Under the pieces are notes generated by a model that ran no database searches, was not told the origin of the DNA, and saw only the letters and a list, made by a program, of their open reading frames with translations. Both the position numbers and the translations under genes were made by a program. From Candidatus Algichlamydia australiensis (GTDB taxonomy: Bacteria > Chlamydiota > Chlamydiia > Chlamydiales > JAJFMI01), in contig JAXCHI010000004.1 in assembly GCA_033977065.1 (NCBI GenBank), positions 96,001 through 160,000 on the forward strand: DNA of 64,000 nt. The letters are read 5' to 3'. This document shows, piece by piece, positions 47,134-57,224 of this stretch (position 1 is the stretch's first letter; each line of letters starts with the position of its first letter).

Positions 47134-49566
47134 TTATAGTTCTTGCTCTTTAAATGTAACTTCAAAGGCTTTGATTGTATCGCCCACTTGATAGTCGCGG
47201 AATTTCTGAAGAAGAATCCCACACTCAAACCCTTTAGAGACTTCCTTAACATCCTCTTTTTCTCTCTTTAAGGAGGCTATATCTCCTGTAAAGAGCTCTT
47301 CACCATCACGGTAGAGGCGCACTAGGTGGGAGCGTTTGATGATACCATCTGTAACTTTGCAACCTGCAATAAGGCCGAGAGAAGATGACTTGAAGGTGGC
47401 AAGGATTTCAGCTTCACCCACTTCGTTCTCTTCGCGAATTTTATCAAGAAGATTTTTCATCATCAATTTGACTTCATCAACAAGGTGGTAGATGACATCA
47501 TGAGATTTGACATCAACTTGTAATTTTTTAATTGACCCTTCTGCGTGGCTCTCAACTTTTGTGTGAAAGCCGATAATAGCAGCACCTGAGGCGTGCGCAA
47601 GTTCAATATCAGACTCTGAAATTTCCCCAACAGATTCGTTAATAAAGTTCAGCTCAACTTTTTCTTGAGGAAGACGTTTAAGAGAGTTTTTTAGTGCTTC
47701 AAGTGAACCTTGTACGTCTGCACGCAAGATGAGGGCAAGAGGCTTTTTCTGTTGGCGTTGCTGTTCTTGGGCAAGGAGGTCATCTAAAGCTCTTGTTTTT
47801 GGACGGCGGTTGAATTCTCGCTCTTTACCTGCCATACGCTCTTCACAAAGCTTTTTCGCCTCTTTTTCACTTTCCACAACAATGAATTCTGTTCCTGCTT
47901 CTGGAATTCCGGAGAGTCCGGTGACCTTAACAGGAGTTGCAGGGGGAGCGTTTTTTGTATTTTTGCCATGCTCATTGTGCATTGTTTTCGTGCGACCCCA
48001 AACCTCTCCAATCACAAGAGCGTCGCCGTGGCGTAGTGTCCCATTTTGAACAAGCAGAGTAGCAGCACATCCAAGACCTTTGTGCAATTCTGATTCCAAG
48101 ATAATTCCACGAGCACGTGCATCTGGATTCGCTTTAAGCTCTAAAAGTTCCCCTTGAAGTTGAGACATTTCAAGAAGTGTTTCAATACCTTCGCCAGTTT
48201 TAGCGGAGCAATTGACAGTGATTGTTGAACCCCCCCACGCTTCAGGGAGCATCTCTTGCTCAGAGAGCTGTCTGTAGATCTCATCTGCATTGAAGTTAGG
48301 CTTATCACACTTGTTGATTGCGATGATAATTGGAACACCTGCTTCTTTGGCTTGGTGTAGAGCTTCAAGTGTTTGTGCTTTGATGCCCTCGTCTCCTGCA
48401 ACAACAAGAATCACGATATCTGTTGCTGAGGCGCCGCGCTCTCTCATTGCGCTAAACGCTTCGTGTCCAGGTGTATCTAAAATTGTGAGGGGGCCGTGAT
48501 CGAGTTGGCATTTGAATGCACCGATGTGCTGGGTGATAGCACCCGCCTCTTTAGCTGCAACTTTACTTTTGCGAATAAAGTCAATTAAACTTGTTTTTCC
48601 ATGGTCAACGTGACCCATAAATGCAACAACTGGTGCTCTTGTTTCAAGGTTTGCGCTATCGGTCTCTTGGATCTCTTCTGCAACAGTTTTTCCTGTGATT
48701 TGAAGGCGCTCTTCTTCAGAAGTGTCTATAGTAATTTCGCACTCAAAATCTTGGCCTAGAAGTTGCACAGTTGTTTCATCATCAAGATAGTCGTTGAGTG
48801 TAAGGGCAACCCCTTGCATAAAGAGCTTTGAAATCAAAGCAGAAGCCTTGAGTTTCATCTCAACTGCTAGGTCTTTTATTGTGATAGGAAGTTTTATCTT
48901 TAACTCTTTGGGGCGAATGATCTCTTCAGGGCTACGCTCTTGCTTTCCTTTGAAACCGCGCTTTTTACGCCACCTTTCATCGTCACTTTGCGAGATGCCA
49001 TGGCGGAGTCGATGATCGCCTCGGCGCTGATTCATGCTGCTCCAAGGTTTTTTTGGGGCAGCTTTCTGTTTTCTCGGCGTACCTGGGGGCGGGCTACCTC
49101 CTGCAGCAGTTCTGAAAGGACTTTGGTTAGGTGAAGAGGAAGGCTGCTGAGAAGAGGGTTTTTTTGGCTTGCCATTTTTTGCGAAACGGGCTTTTGTAGC
49201 GGCATCTAGCTCAATTTTGCGTTTAGGAGGTTGTCCGGGTTTTTCGGTTGTCTTGATCGCTGCCTTCTGTGTGAAACTCTTTTTTTCAACAGGGGGTAAT
49301 TTTTCAGGCTGGATAGGAGGGGTTTTGGGGGCTTCTGCTTTTTCTACAGGCTCACTTTTAGGCGCAGCTGTCGCTTTTACAGGGGGCTTTGCGGCAACGG
49401 GTTTTTTCTCTTCTTTTTTCTCTTTCTCTTTTATAGGAGCAAGCGTCTTTGCTTTGACTTTAGCCTTTTTCTTTTTTTCTTCTTTAGGCTCATCCGCTTT
49501 TTTCCCAATATTAAGAGCTTGGGCAAGTTGAGAGTTTTTGATGTTTAGTTTCAAATTTTTTGCCAT
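47134..49566 (-). CDS. infB: Translation initiation factor IF-2
   Basis: MGHVDHGKTSL, GAITQHIGA, DTPGHEAF, NKCD. Confidence 0.98.
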   Translation of the reverse strand: MAKNLKLNIKNSQLAQALNIGKKADEPKEEKKKKAKVKAKTLAPIKEKEKKEEKKPVAAKPPVKATAAPKSEPVEKAEAPKTPPIQPEKLPPVEKKSFTQKAAIKTTEKPGQPPKRKIELDAATKARFAKNGKPKKPSSQQPSSSPNQSPFRTAAGGSPPPGTPRKQKAAPKKPWSSMNQRRGDHRLRHGISQSDDERWRKKRGFKGKQERSPEEIIRPKELKIKLPITIKDLAVEMKLKASALISKLFMQGVALTLNDYLDDETTVQLLGQDFECEITIDTSEEERLQITGKTVAEEIQETDSANLETRAPVVAFMGHVDHGKTSLIDFIRKSKVAAKEAGAITQHIGAFKCQLDHGPLTILDTPGHEAFSAMRERGASATDIVILVVAGDEGIKAQTLEALHQAKEAGVPIIIAINKCDKPNFNADEIYRQLSEQEMLPEAWGGSTITVNCSAKTGEGIETLLEMSQLQGELLELKANPDARARGIILESELHKGLGCAATLLVQNGTLRHGDALVIGEVWGRTKTMHNEHGKNTKNAPPATPVKVTGLSGIPEAGTEFIVVESEKEAKKLCEERMAGKEREFNRRPKTRALDDLLAQEQQRQQKKPLALILRADVQGSLEALKNSLKRLPQEKVELNFINESVGEISESDIELAHASGAAIIGFHTKVESHAEGSIKKLQVDVKSHDVIYHLVDEVKLMMKNLLDKIREENEVGEAEILATFKSSSLGLIAGCKVTDGIIKRSHLVRLYRDGEELFTGDIASLKREKEDVKEVSKGFECGILLQKFRDYQVGDTIKAFEVTFKEQEL

Positions 49567-49570
49567 GTAG

Positions 49571-50830
49571 TTATGGTTTTGTCACCTTCTCCAGTATATC
49601 TTCTGCCATCTCTTTGCTAATATCAGCTGATTCGATCAGCTGTTCTGGTGTAGCGCCCAAAATCTTTCTAGGCGTATCAAAACCAGCAGCAGAGAGAGAA
49701 TCAATAATAAATTGATTCATGCCAGCAATTTGAACAGGTTCATCTAGCCATGCATCTTCCGATAAGGAGAGCTGCTTGCGCTGAACGACCTGCGCTTTTT
49801 TGTGATCGGTCATTTTTTCAATTTCTAGGCGTACACCAATCAGTTCGCCAGATAATCTTGCATTAATCCCTCTTTTTCCGAGAGCTGCAGGATAGTCTTC
49901 ATCATCGACTACAATCCAGATCGTCTCCTCTTCCTCACTGATTTTTTTGATTTCAATGGGGGATAAGGAGCGCTCTAGCATTTCGACGCGATCTTCCATG
50001 TAAGGAAGAATATCAATTTTTTCATTGCCAAGTTCACGAATCACATTTTTGACACGTGTGCCGCGTACACCAACGCAGGCGCCGACAGGGTCAACTTTTG
50101 GGTCGTTTGAACGAACGGCGAGTTTGCAGCGATGCCCGCCTTCGCGGACAACTTTGACAACTTCGATTAGTCCCTCTTGGATCTCGGGGACTTCTTGCTT
50201 GAAAAGTTCAACAACAAGATCGGGAGCTGTGCGTGAGAGAACTGCTTCAGCACCTCCACCCTCTGTATCGCGAACTTCATAGAGAAGGGCCAAAATGCGA
50301 TCTCCGACGTTGTAGTGTTCTGTACGAGGGATGAAACGCTCAGGTAGTATAGCTTCGACTTTTCCGAGATCTACGATGACTGTTCTTCCTTTAACGACAC
50401 GTTTTACCGTACCATTAATGATCTCTCCTACGCGGTCGCGGTACTCTGAGTAGATGACATCGCGCTCTGCACCGCGCAACTTCTGCGCAATGACTTGCTT
50501 GGCAGTTTGGGCAGCAATGCGCCCAAACTGTGCAGGAGTTACAACGACTTCAATAAATTGACCAGAGTTGCAGTCAGGGTCGAGCTCACGTGCCGCTTCT
50601 AAAGAGATCTCTTCGCCAGGGTATTTGACTTTTTCTACAATCTCTTTTTCACACGTCACATCGATTTCACCCGTGTTGGGATCTACTCTTACGTTGGCAT
50701 TAGTAATTCCTTCTACACTTTTGCGTGCAGCAAGCTCTAACGCCTCTTCGATGCTCCCAATGATGATTTCGCGCTTGATTCCCTTCTCTCTTTCGAGATA
50801 CTCGAAGAGCGCAACTAGATCTTTATTCAT
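49571..50830 (-). CDS. nusA: Transcription factor NusA
   Basis: [27 protein letters not shown]. Confidence 0.98.
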   Translation of the reverse strand: MNKDLVALFEYLEREKGIKREIIIGSIEEALELAARKSVEGITNANVRVDPNTGEIDVTCEKEIVEKVKYPGEEISLEAARELDPDCNSGQFIEVVVTPAQFGRIAAQTAKQVIAQKLRGAERDVIYSEYRDRVGEIINGTVKRVVKGRTVIVDLGKVEAILPERFIPRTEHYNVGDRILALLYEVRDTEGGGAEAVLSRTAPDLVVELFKQEVPEIQEGLIEVVKVVREGGHRCKLAVRSNDPKVDPVGACVGVRGTRVKNVIRELGNEKIDILPYMEDRVEMLERSLSPIEIKKISEEEETIWIVVDDEDYPAALGKRGINARLSGELIGVRLEIEKMTDHKKAQVVQRKQLSLSEDAWLDEPVQIAGMNQFIIDSLSAAGFDTPRKILGATPEQLIESADISKEMAEDILEKVTKP

Positions 50831-52562
50831 CTTCTGTGTTCTCTTCCTCTTCTTCTTTTTTCTTTTTGCGCTTTTTTACTACAATCTCGTCTTTATCCGC
50901 TCTACCTTGTTCAGCAAGATAATCTTTGATCGAAAGAGCAATTTTTTTCTGTTCTGGGTCGATTTTTACCACTTTGGCTTCAACTTCATCACCAACTGAT
51001 ATGATGTCTTCAATTTTTCCAAAAGCTTCATCAGAGAGTTCTGTTACGTGAACTAAGCCCTCCAAATCATTGTCAAGGATGACAAAGGCACCAAAAGCAG
51101 TAATTTTGACGACTTTTCCTTTGACTTTGCTGCCAATTGGTAAAGTGTTTTCAATAGACTCCCAAGGGTTTTCTGTTAGCTGTTTTACTCCTAAAGTGAT
51201 CTTTTTGCTTTCAGGATCAACAGAGAGAACGACAGCTTTTACGCGATCACCTTTTTTTAGAACTTCTGATGGGTGAGAGACTTTCTTGGTCCAGCTCAAA
51301 TCAGAGATGTGAATCAACCCATCAACACCAGGTGCCAACTCAGCAAATGCGCCGTAGTTTGTTAGGTTTTGGATCTCAACATCGAGCTCTTTACCGACAG
51401 GGAACTGCTCTTCTACATCTTCCCATGGATTTTTTTCATTTTGTTTGATGCCAAGAGAGACTTTTCCTTCGTCTTTCTGGATAGAAAGAACAATCGCCTC
51501 TACTTCATCGCCCACTTTCACGATTTCGCTTGGGTCAGTAACGGTTTTGAGCCAGCTCATTTCAGATACATGGATCAAGCCCTCAACACCCTCTTCAATC
51601 TCGATGAAAGCACCGTAAGGAACAAGGCTTGTAATCTTTCCTTTGACTTTTGTGCCAGGAGGGAATTTGCGCTCAACAGCTTCCCACGGATTTTCTTCTT
51701 TCTGCTTTAGGCCTAGCGCAACACGTCCCTTCTCTTTATCAATTGAGAGAATCGCCACCTCAATCTCATCACCAAGGGCAACCATTTCAGAAGGATGCTT
51801 GATACGCTTCCAAGTCATATCAGTAATGTGAAGCAGGCCATCGATACCATCGAGGTCTAAGAAGACACCAAAGTCGGTAATATTTTTGACAACACCGATG
51901 CGGAGTTCACCCTCTTCGATATTCTCAAGGAGTTCGCTCTTCTTTACCATGCGCTCTTGCTCAAGCAGTTCGCGGCGTGAGACAACAATATTTTTGCGCT
52001 CGATGTTAATTTTAAGAATTTTAAAGTCGAAGCTTTTGCCAACATACTCATCGATATTTTTGATGCGTTTGTTGTCAATCTGTGAGCCAGGCAGGAAGGC
52101 TTCCATGCCGATGTCGACCATCAAGCCGCCCTTGACTTTGCGCAGGACTTTTCCTTGAACGATCGAGCCCTCTTTGCAGTGATTCACGATATATTCCCAT
52201 TGGCGCATGCGACGCGCTTTTTCTCGGGAAAGAACGATCTGGCCTTCGCGATTTTCTGCTTGGTCGAGCAGGACTTCGATTTCAGAACCCAGCTGGATTT
52301 CATCAAGTTCTGTGAACTCTTCAGTTGGAATTAAGCCTTCAGATTTAAGGCCGACGTCGACGATAACAAAATCTTTAGTGAGTTCTACGACAATGCCTTT
52401 TAGAACTTGGCCGCTTGTCATGCTCGCAATTGAGCCCTCTTCGGTCTTGCTCTCTTTAGCATCAAGTAAGTTTTTGAACTCTTCCGCGTCTTCAGTGCGG
52501 TACTCTACATCGTCAATGATGTTGTCGACTTCGTTCCAGTCGTGGGTTGATTGGTTTGTCAT
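50823..52562 (-). CDS. rpsA: 30S ribosomal protein S1
   Basis: Six S1 repeats ([18 protein letters not shown]..); AGGAG RBS upstream of ATG 52562. Confidence 0.97.
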   Translation of the reverse strand: MTNQSTHDWNEVDNIIDDVEYRTEDAEEFKNLLDAKESKTEEGSIASMTSGQVLKGIVVELTKDFVIVDVGLKSEGLIPTEEFTELDEIQLGSEIEVLLDQAENREGQIVLSREKARRMRQWEYIVNHCKEGSIVQGKVLRKVKGGLMVDIGMEAFLPGSQIDNKRIKNIDEYVGKSFDFKILKINIERKNIVVSRRELLEQERMVKKSELLENIEEGELRIGVVKNITDFGVFLDLDGIDGLLHITDMTWKRIKHPSEMVALGDEIEVAILSIDKEKGRVALGLKQKEENPWEAVERKFPPGTKVKGKITSLVPYGAFIEIEEGVEGLIHVSEMSWLKTVTDPSEIVKVGDEVEAIVLSIQKDEGKVSLGIKQNEKNPWEDVEEQFPVGKELDVEIQNLTNYGAFAELAPGVDGLIHISDLSWTKKVSHPSEVLKKGDRVKAVVLSVDPESKKITLGVKQLTENPWESIENTLPIGSKVKGKVVKITAFGAFVILDNDLEGLVHVTELSDEAFGKIEDIISVGDEVEAKVVKIDPEQKKIALSIKDYLAEQGRADKDEIVVKKRKKKKEEEEENTEDE

Positions 52563-52720
52563 GTTATATGTTTTTCTCCTTACAAAATTTGGCGGTGCGG
52601 CATAGCTACACCCCAGCAAAGAAACAGTTTAACAAAGGCTCGTACGAATTGCAACCTAAACCCTTAAGTGTAAAAGTAAAAAATTTCATTTATATAGAAT
52701 TGGGGGTGATAGAGACAGTC

Positions 52721-53048
52721 GGGGCTGCGCCCCCGCTGCCCCGTAGGTCTGCATTTCGCCATGCCAAATCGCGTGCTCGACTTAGGGGTGTGCGGAGCAC
52801 TACCCCGTGCGTCTGTGCTGCGATTTTTCAAAGCCGATCACGAGACAAAAACCAATCCCTGAAATCTGCTTTCCAATTCGTTTTTTGAACAAGTCCATTG
52901 TTCGTCCTCAGCAACTTAATGAAAGTTGCCTTCGCCCTCCACAATGAATTTTTTCTAAAAAACAAATTGTCTTTCAGCTTTCATTGCTTGCTTTTTGTCT
53001 CTTGCAGCCTAAGGAGCGTTTGGGTGAGCTTTGCTCTAACCCTCACGC
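52721..53048. repeat. Cluster of palindromic/hairpin elements (REP/MITE-like or ncRNA)
   Basis: Four hairpins: 52721-52733, 52766-52826, 52842-53001, 53016-53048. Confidence 0.55.
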
Positions 53049-53152
53049 AACTGATTGAAATCATTGTTTGTTAAGGTAAGCGATCTGCACGTTACTTCGC
53101 TTGTTAGAGGTTTTGTTGCGGGGTTTGGGGTTGGTAGTTATACTCGCGGGAT

Positions 53153-53872
53153 ATGTCTACGGTTGTATTGAAGTTTGGGGGGAGTGTTTTGAAAGACGCT
53201 TCCTGTTTTGAGGGGATTGTTCAAAAAATTGTTAAGTATCAAAGGGATTTTGAAAGGGTAGTTGTTGTTGTGAGTGCAATGGGCGAGATGACAAAGGAAT
53301 TGTTGAATCTTGCCTATGTGGTGTGTGAGGAGCCACCGAAGCGGGAGCAGGATATGCTTTTGAGTGTGGGCGAGCGCATCAGTATGGCGCTTCTTGCGAT
53401 GGCTCTGAAGGGAGCTGGGATTGAGGCGATCAGTTTTACTGGAAGTCAGGCGGGAATTATCACTTGCGGGTCGCACATGGAGGCGCGGGTCGTTGATGTG
53501 AAGCCGCGGCGGTTGTTGCCACATTTGAAGGCGGGGAGAGTTGTGATTGTAGCGGGTTTTCAAGGGGTAAGTGAAGGCGGTGAGATTACGACTTTGGGCG
53601 CAAGTGGCAGTGATTTGACAGCAGTAGCTTTAGGATCTGCTCTCGGTGCTGATGAGGTGGTTTTTTTTAAAGATGTAGGCGGAATTTTTTCTAGCGATCC
53701 TAAAAAAGATCTTGGAGCAAAAATTCAAAGACTATTGAGTTACGAAGAGGCTTTTGCCATTGCGGAAAAGGGGGTAATTTTACAGCCGAAGGCAGTTGCT
53801 TTTGCAGCAGAAAAAAAATTGAAGTTGGTCGTATGTGGTATGGATGATTTGCAGAGGAGTGTTGTAACTTAA
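53153..53872 (+). CDS. lysC: Aspartate kinase, catalytic domain only
   Basis: VLKFGGS, VVVVSAMG, VAGFQG, ITTLG.SGSDLTA, KDVGGIFSSDP; no ACT domains. Confidence 0.88.
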   Translation: MSTVVLKFGGSVLKDASCFEGIVQKIVKYQRDFERVVVVVSAMGEMTKELLNLAYVVCEEPPKREQDMLLSVGERISMALLAMALKGAGIEAISFTGSQAGIITCGSHMEARVVDVKPRRLLPHLKAGRVVIVAGFQGVSEGGEITTLGASGSDLTAVALGSALGADEVVFFKDVGGIFSSDPKKDLGAKIQRLLSYEEAFAIAEKGVILQPKAVAFAAEKKLKLVVCGMDDLQRSVVT

Positions 53873-53889
53873 ACTCGACTCAGCTAGCT

Positions 53890-54555
53890 TTGTCTTTTAT
53901 GGGAAAAACGATTCTAATTGAGCCTTCGATTTTTGCAGGAGATTTTGGCCATCTCGCTGATGAGGCAAAACGCTGTGAAGATGCAGGTGCTGACGCAATT
54001 CATTTCGACATCATGGATGGGAATTTTGTTCCCAATTTAAGCCTTTCTCCAAAGGGTTTGGCTGCTGTAAACCGCGCAACAGATCTTTTTTTAGATGTCC
54101 ATATTATGGTCTATAATCCTTACGATTATGTGGAGCGCTTGATTGAGATGGGGGCGGATCGCATTACGTTTCATTTAGAGGCGACAGAAGATGTGGAAGA
54201 GACTTTGGAGTATATCCAAAAGTGTGGGGTGAAAGCGGGTCTTGCTATTTCTCCCGAGACACCTGCTTCGATGATTTCGAAATATATTGAAGCGATAGAT
54301 CTTGTTTTAATTATGACCGTACATCCCGGTTTTGGAGGACAGTCATTTTTAGCAGATATGCTTGACAAGGTGCGCTTTGTTAGCGAATTTTGCAAAAAAA
54401 ATGGAATGGAAGAGAAGTTGATTCAGGTCGATGGCGGTGTAGATGATAAAACGGCTCCGGCCTGCATTGAGGCAGGCGCCAACGCGCTTGTAAGTGGGAC
54501 TTACCTCTTTAAAGGGGACATGAAGCAGAAAATACAAATGATGCGGGCTGGATGA
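53890..54555 (+). CDS. rpe: Ribulose-phosphate 3-epimerase
   Basis: HFDIMDGNFVPN, MTVHPGFGGQ, VDGG. Confidence 0.97.
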   Translation: MSFMGKTILIEPSIFAGDFGHLADEAKRCEDAGADAIHFDIMDGNFVPNLSLSPKGLAAVNRATDLFLDVHIMVYNPYDYVERLIEMGADRITFHLEATEDVEETLEYIQKCGVKAGLAISPETPASMISKYIEAIDLVLIMTVHPGFGGQSFLADMLDKVRFVSEFCKKNGMEEKLIQVDGGVDDKTAPACIEAGANALVSGTYLFKGDMKQKIQMMRAG

Positions 54556-55514
54556 AAAAAATCGTTGTTATTGGAGGCGGGACAGGAAACTTTACTGTCT
54601 TGAGCGGTCTTAAGCAGCATGATCTGCATTTAAGCGCGATTGTCTCTATGGCAGATGATGGTGGTTCTACCGGGATTTTGCGTGATGAGCTGGGGGTTTT
54701 GCCTCCAGGTGATGTGCGCCAGTGTCTAGTCGCTCTTTCCAACTCTTCTCGGTTGATGCGCTCTTTAATGAACTACCGTTTTGAAAATGGGGGACTTGGT
54801 GGACATAGTTTTGGCAATTTGCTCCTCTCGGCACTTGAAAAAGTAACAGGTAGTTTTGAACACGCAGTTGAAGAGATGGGGCGTATTCTCTTTATTCGCG
54901 GTAAGGTAATCCCTGTCACAACGCATGCAGTGCGCTTGAAGATGGTGCTTAAGGATAAAAAAGTCTTGGAAGGAGAAAAAGAAATTTATCTCTCGCAAGA
55001 AATTGAAAAGGGGTATGACCGCCTCTATTTAGAGCCTTTTCCTAAAGCAAATAAAGAGGCACTTTCAGAGATTCGCCACGCAGATTTGATTATTATTGGG
55101 CCTGGCGGATTGCACACTTCCATTATTCCTAATTTGCTTGTTGAGGGTGTTGCCTCGGCTTTGAGGAGTACGCATGCAAAGTGTGTCTATATCGCCAATT
55201 TGATGAATCGAAAAGGGCAGACGACGGGATACTCTGTTAGCGATTATGTAAATGAAATTTCAAAGTATATTGGAAAGGATGTTTTTGATTACATTCTTGT
55301 AAACGAGCAAATACCAGACCCCGATTTGATTGAAAATTACCGAGATGAGGGGGAGCTTGTTCCTAATGATTTGAAAGGAGAGCGTGTTATTGCCGCAAAA
55401 TTGCTTGGTGAGCTTAAAACAAAAGGCGAAAAAGATTTGATGAAACGCAGCTTGATTCGTCACGATTCAGAGCGTTTAGCACAGGAGCTGATTCAGATTG
55501 TTAATCGTATTTGA
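54552..55514 (+). CDS. YvcK/GlmR (UPF0052, CofD-like) protein
   Basis: GGGTG, DDGGSTG.LR, PPGDVR, GHSFGNL, IRHD. Confidence 0.92.
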   Translation: MKKIVVIGGGTGNFTVLSGLKQHDLHLSAIVSMADDGGSTGILRDELGVLPPGDVRQCLVALSNSSRLMRSLMNYRFENGGLGGHSFGNLLLSALEKVTGSFEHAVEEMGRILFIRGKVIPVTTHAVRLKMVLKDKKVLEGEKEIYLSQEIEKGYDRLYLEPFPKANKEALSEIRHADLIIIGPGGLHTSIIPNLLVEGVASALRSTHAKCVYIANLMNRKGQTTGYSVSDYVNEISKYIGKDVFDYILVNEQIPDPDLIENYRDEGELVPNDLKGERVIAAKLLGELKTKGEKDLMKRSLIRHDSERLAQELIQIVNRI

Positions 55515-56115
55515 TCTCGATGATACACTTATCGATACCAGTGGAAGTGTTCTTCCTCTTCTTCTTCAAAAAGTCACAGAGGGACTAGCACCAAAGTCGC
55601 AAAAACAGCTGGAGCGCATGAATGGAAGTGCTAAAAGTTCCAAAGAATCTATAAACGAATTTTTTGAAATCAGCGACTTAAAAAAGCAGTCGCTAAAAAA
55701 TCCCTCACTTCACCAGATTAAAACTTTGGATGGCGTCAGAGAAGTGCTGCGCACCCTCTCTTTAGAGCATGAACTTGCCTTAGTCACAATAGGGGAGGAG
55801 TCGTTTCAAAGAGAGAAGATCAAACAAGCGGGAATCGACTTGCATCTATTTTCTGATGTGGTTGTTTGTAAAGATAAATATTTAGTTTATGGAAAGCTGA
55901 TTCAAAAATATTCTTGCAATCCAAGCCAGGTTGTTGTGATTGGCGATCGTATTGATCGAGATCTTACGCCTGCAAAGCTTTTAGGGTGTAAAACAATTCA
56001 CATTAAATGGGGAAGAGGGGTAAACTTTTCAGATAGAAGGGGGCATGTTGATTTTGCGGTATCTAACCTTAAGCAAATATTGGACATCCTCCCAAATATA
56101 GAAATTTTTTCATGA
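55498..56115 (+). CDS. HAD-family hydrolase
   Basis: FDLDDTL motif I; IGDRIDRD motif IV. Confidence 0.9.
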   Translation: MLIVFDLDDTLIDTSGSVLPLLLQKVTEGLAPKSQKQLERMNGSAKSSKESINEFFEISDLKKQSLKNPSLHQIKTLDGVREVLRTLSLEHELALVTIGEESFQREKIKQAGIDLHLFSDVVVCKDKYLVYGKLIQKYSCNPSQVVVIGDRIDRDLTPAKLLGCKTIHIKWGRGVNFSDRRGHVDFAVSNLKQILDILPNIEIFS

Positions 56116-56672
56116 GTACAACAAGCAATCAATTAGCACCGGGGATGACGATTTCCATCGGAAAGAAGATTTTTCGCGTAGAGTCGTGTGTAAAAGTCAC
56201 TGTAAGTAAAGGGGTTCCCTTTTTCAAAACCAAATTAAAAGATTTAGTTACTGGTGGTGTTGAGGAGAAAAACTTTAAAGTAGATCAGGAAATCAATGAA
56301 GTAGCACTGATCGAAAATCGCCTTGAATTTCTCTACATTGAGGGGAAGGATTATCTCTTTTTAGATGTCGATAATCTTACGCAAGCCCTTGTTCCTAGGG
56401 GGGTTATCGGTGATAAAGTCAATTATCTAAAAGATGGAATCCAGGTCAAAGCGACTTTTTATGGGGATACGGTCTTCTCTGTAGAGCTGCCGCAGTTTTT
56501 AGAACTTTCTGTCCTTAAGACTGAGGCGAGTACGGCAAAAGTAGCCGTTTCGGGAGGGACAAAGACGGCCCTCTTAGAGACAGGAGCTAAAATCGAAGTT
56601 CCGCTCTTCATAGAAGCGGGGGATATTATTAAAGTTGATACTCATGCGGGTGAATATATTCAGAGAATATAA
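56112..56672 (+). CDS. efp: Elongation factor P family protein
   Basis: KTALLETGAKIEVPLFIEAGDIIKVDT..GEYIQR; atypical tip loop (VSKG); precedes accB as in chlamydiae. Confidence 0.9.
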   Translation: MSTTSNQLAPGMTISIGKKIFRVESCVKVTVSKGVPFFKTKLKDLVTGGVEEKNFKVDQEINEVALIENRLEFLYIEGKDYLFLDVDNLTQALVPRGVIGDKVNYLKDGIQVKATFYGDTVFSVELPQFLELSVLKTEASTAKVAVSGGTKTALLETGAKIEVPLFIEAGDIIKVDTHAGEYIQRI

Positions 56673-56771
56673 GCGCAAGTTGCTGCCTAGTCTCTCTGGA
56701 GGGGGAAGAGGGAAGTAACTTGAGTAATAAATCGCCTTTTATGTTATAATACTTCGTCTAAGGAGAGAGTT

Positions 56772-57224
56772 GTGGATTTAGATTTAATTAAAAAAATTGT
56801 TGCATATATGGAGGAGAGCTCCCTTTCAAAGATTCGTTATAAGGATCAGAATGTGGAGATTGAGTTAGAGCGCTCATCTGGATCGATTGCTCCCCTTCCT
56901 CAGCCGCAGGCAGTGCATCATCAACCTGTTGCAGCATCGGCCCCAGCTCCTGCTCCTCTTGAAGCGCCCAAAGCTGAAGAGAGTGGTCAAATGATTACAT
57001 CTCCCATGGTTGGGACTTACTACTCTTCACCAGCACCAGATCAGCCCGCATTTGTAAAAGTAGGGGATCACGTAACAGAAGAGACAGTAGTCTGCATCAT
57101 CGAAGCGATGAAGGTAATGAACGAGGTAAAGGCGGGTGTAAAAGGGACGGTAAAAAAGATTTTAGTTGCAAGTGCTGATCCAGTGGAATTTGGAACAGCG
57201 CTTATAGAAGTGGATCCTGCATGA
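56772..57224 (+). CDS. accB: Biotin carboxyl carrier protein
   Basis: SPMVGTYY, EAMKVMNE. Confidence 0.97.
   Translation: MDLDLIKKIVAYMEESSLSKIRYKDQNVEIELERSSGSIAPLPQPQAVHHQPVAASAPAPAPLEAPKAEESGQMITSPMVGTYYSSPAPDQPAFVKVGDHVTEETVVCIIEAMKVMNEVKAGVKGTVKKILVASADPVEFGTALIEVDPA

Noticed and set aside
48900..49566. Low-complexity K/P-rich stretch
   Set aside because: Normal variable N-terminus of IF-2.
52547..52888. 113-aa ORF
   Set aside because: Runs antisense over the rpsA start and through the palindromic element; no protein-like features.
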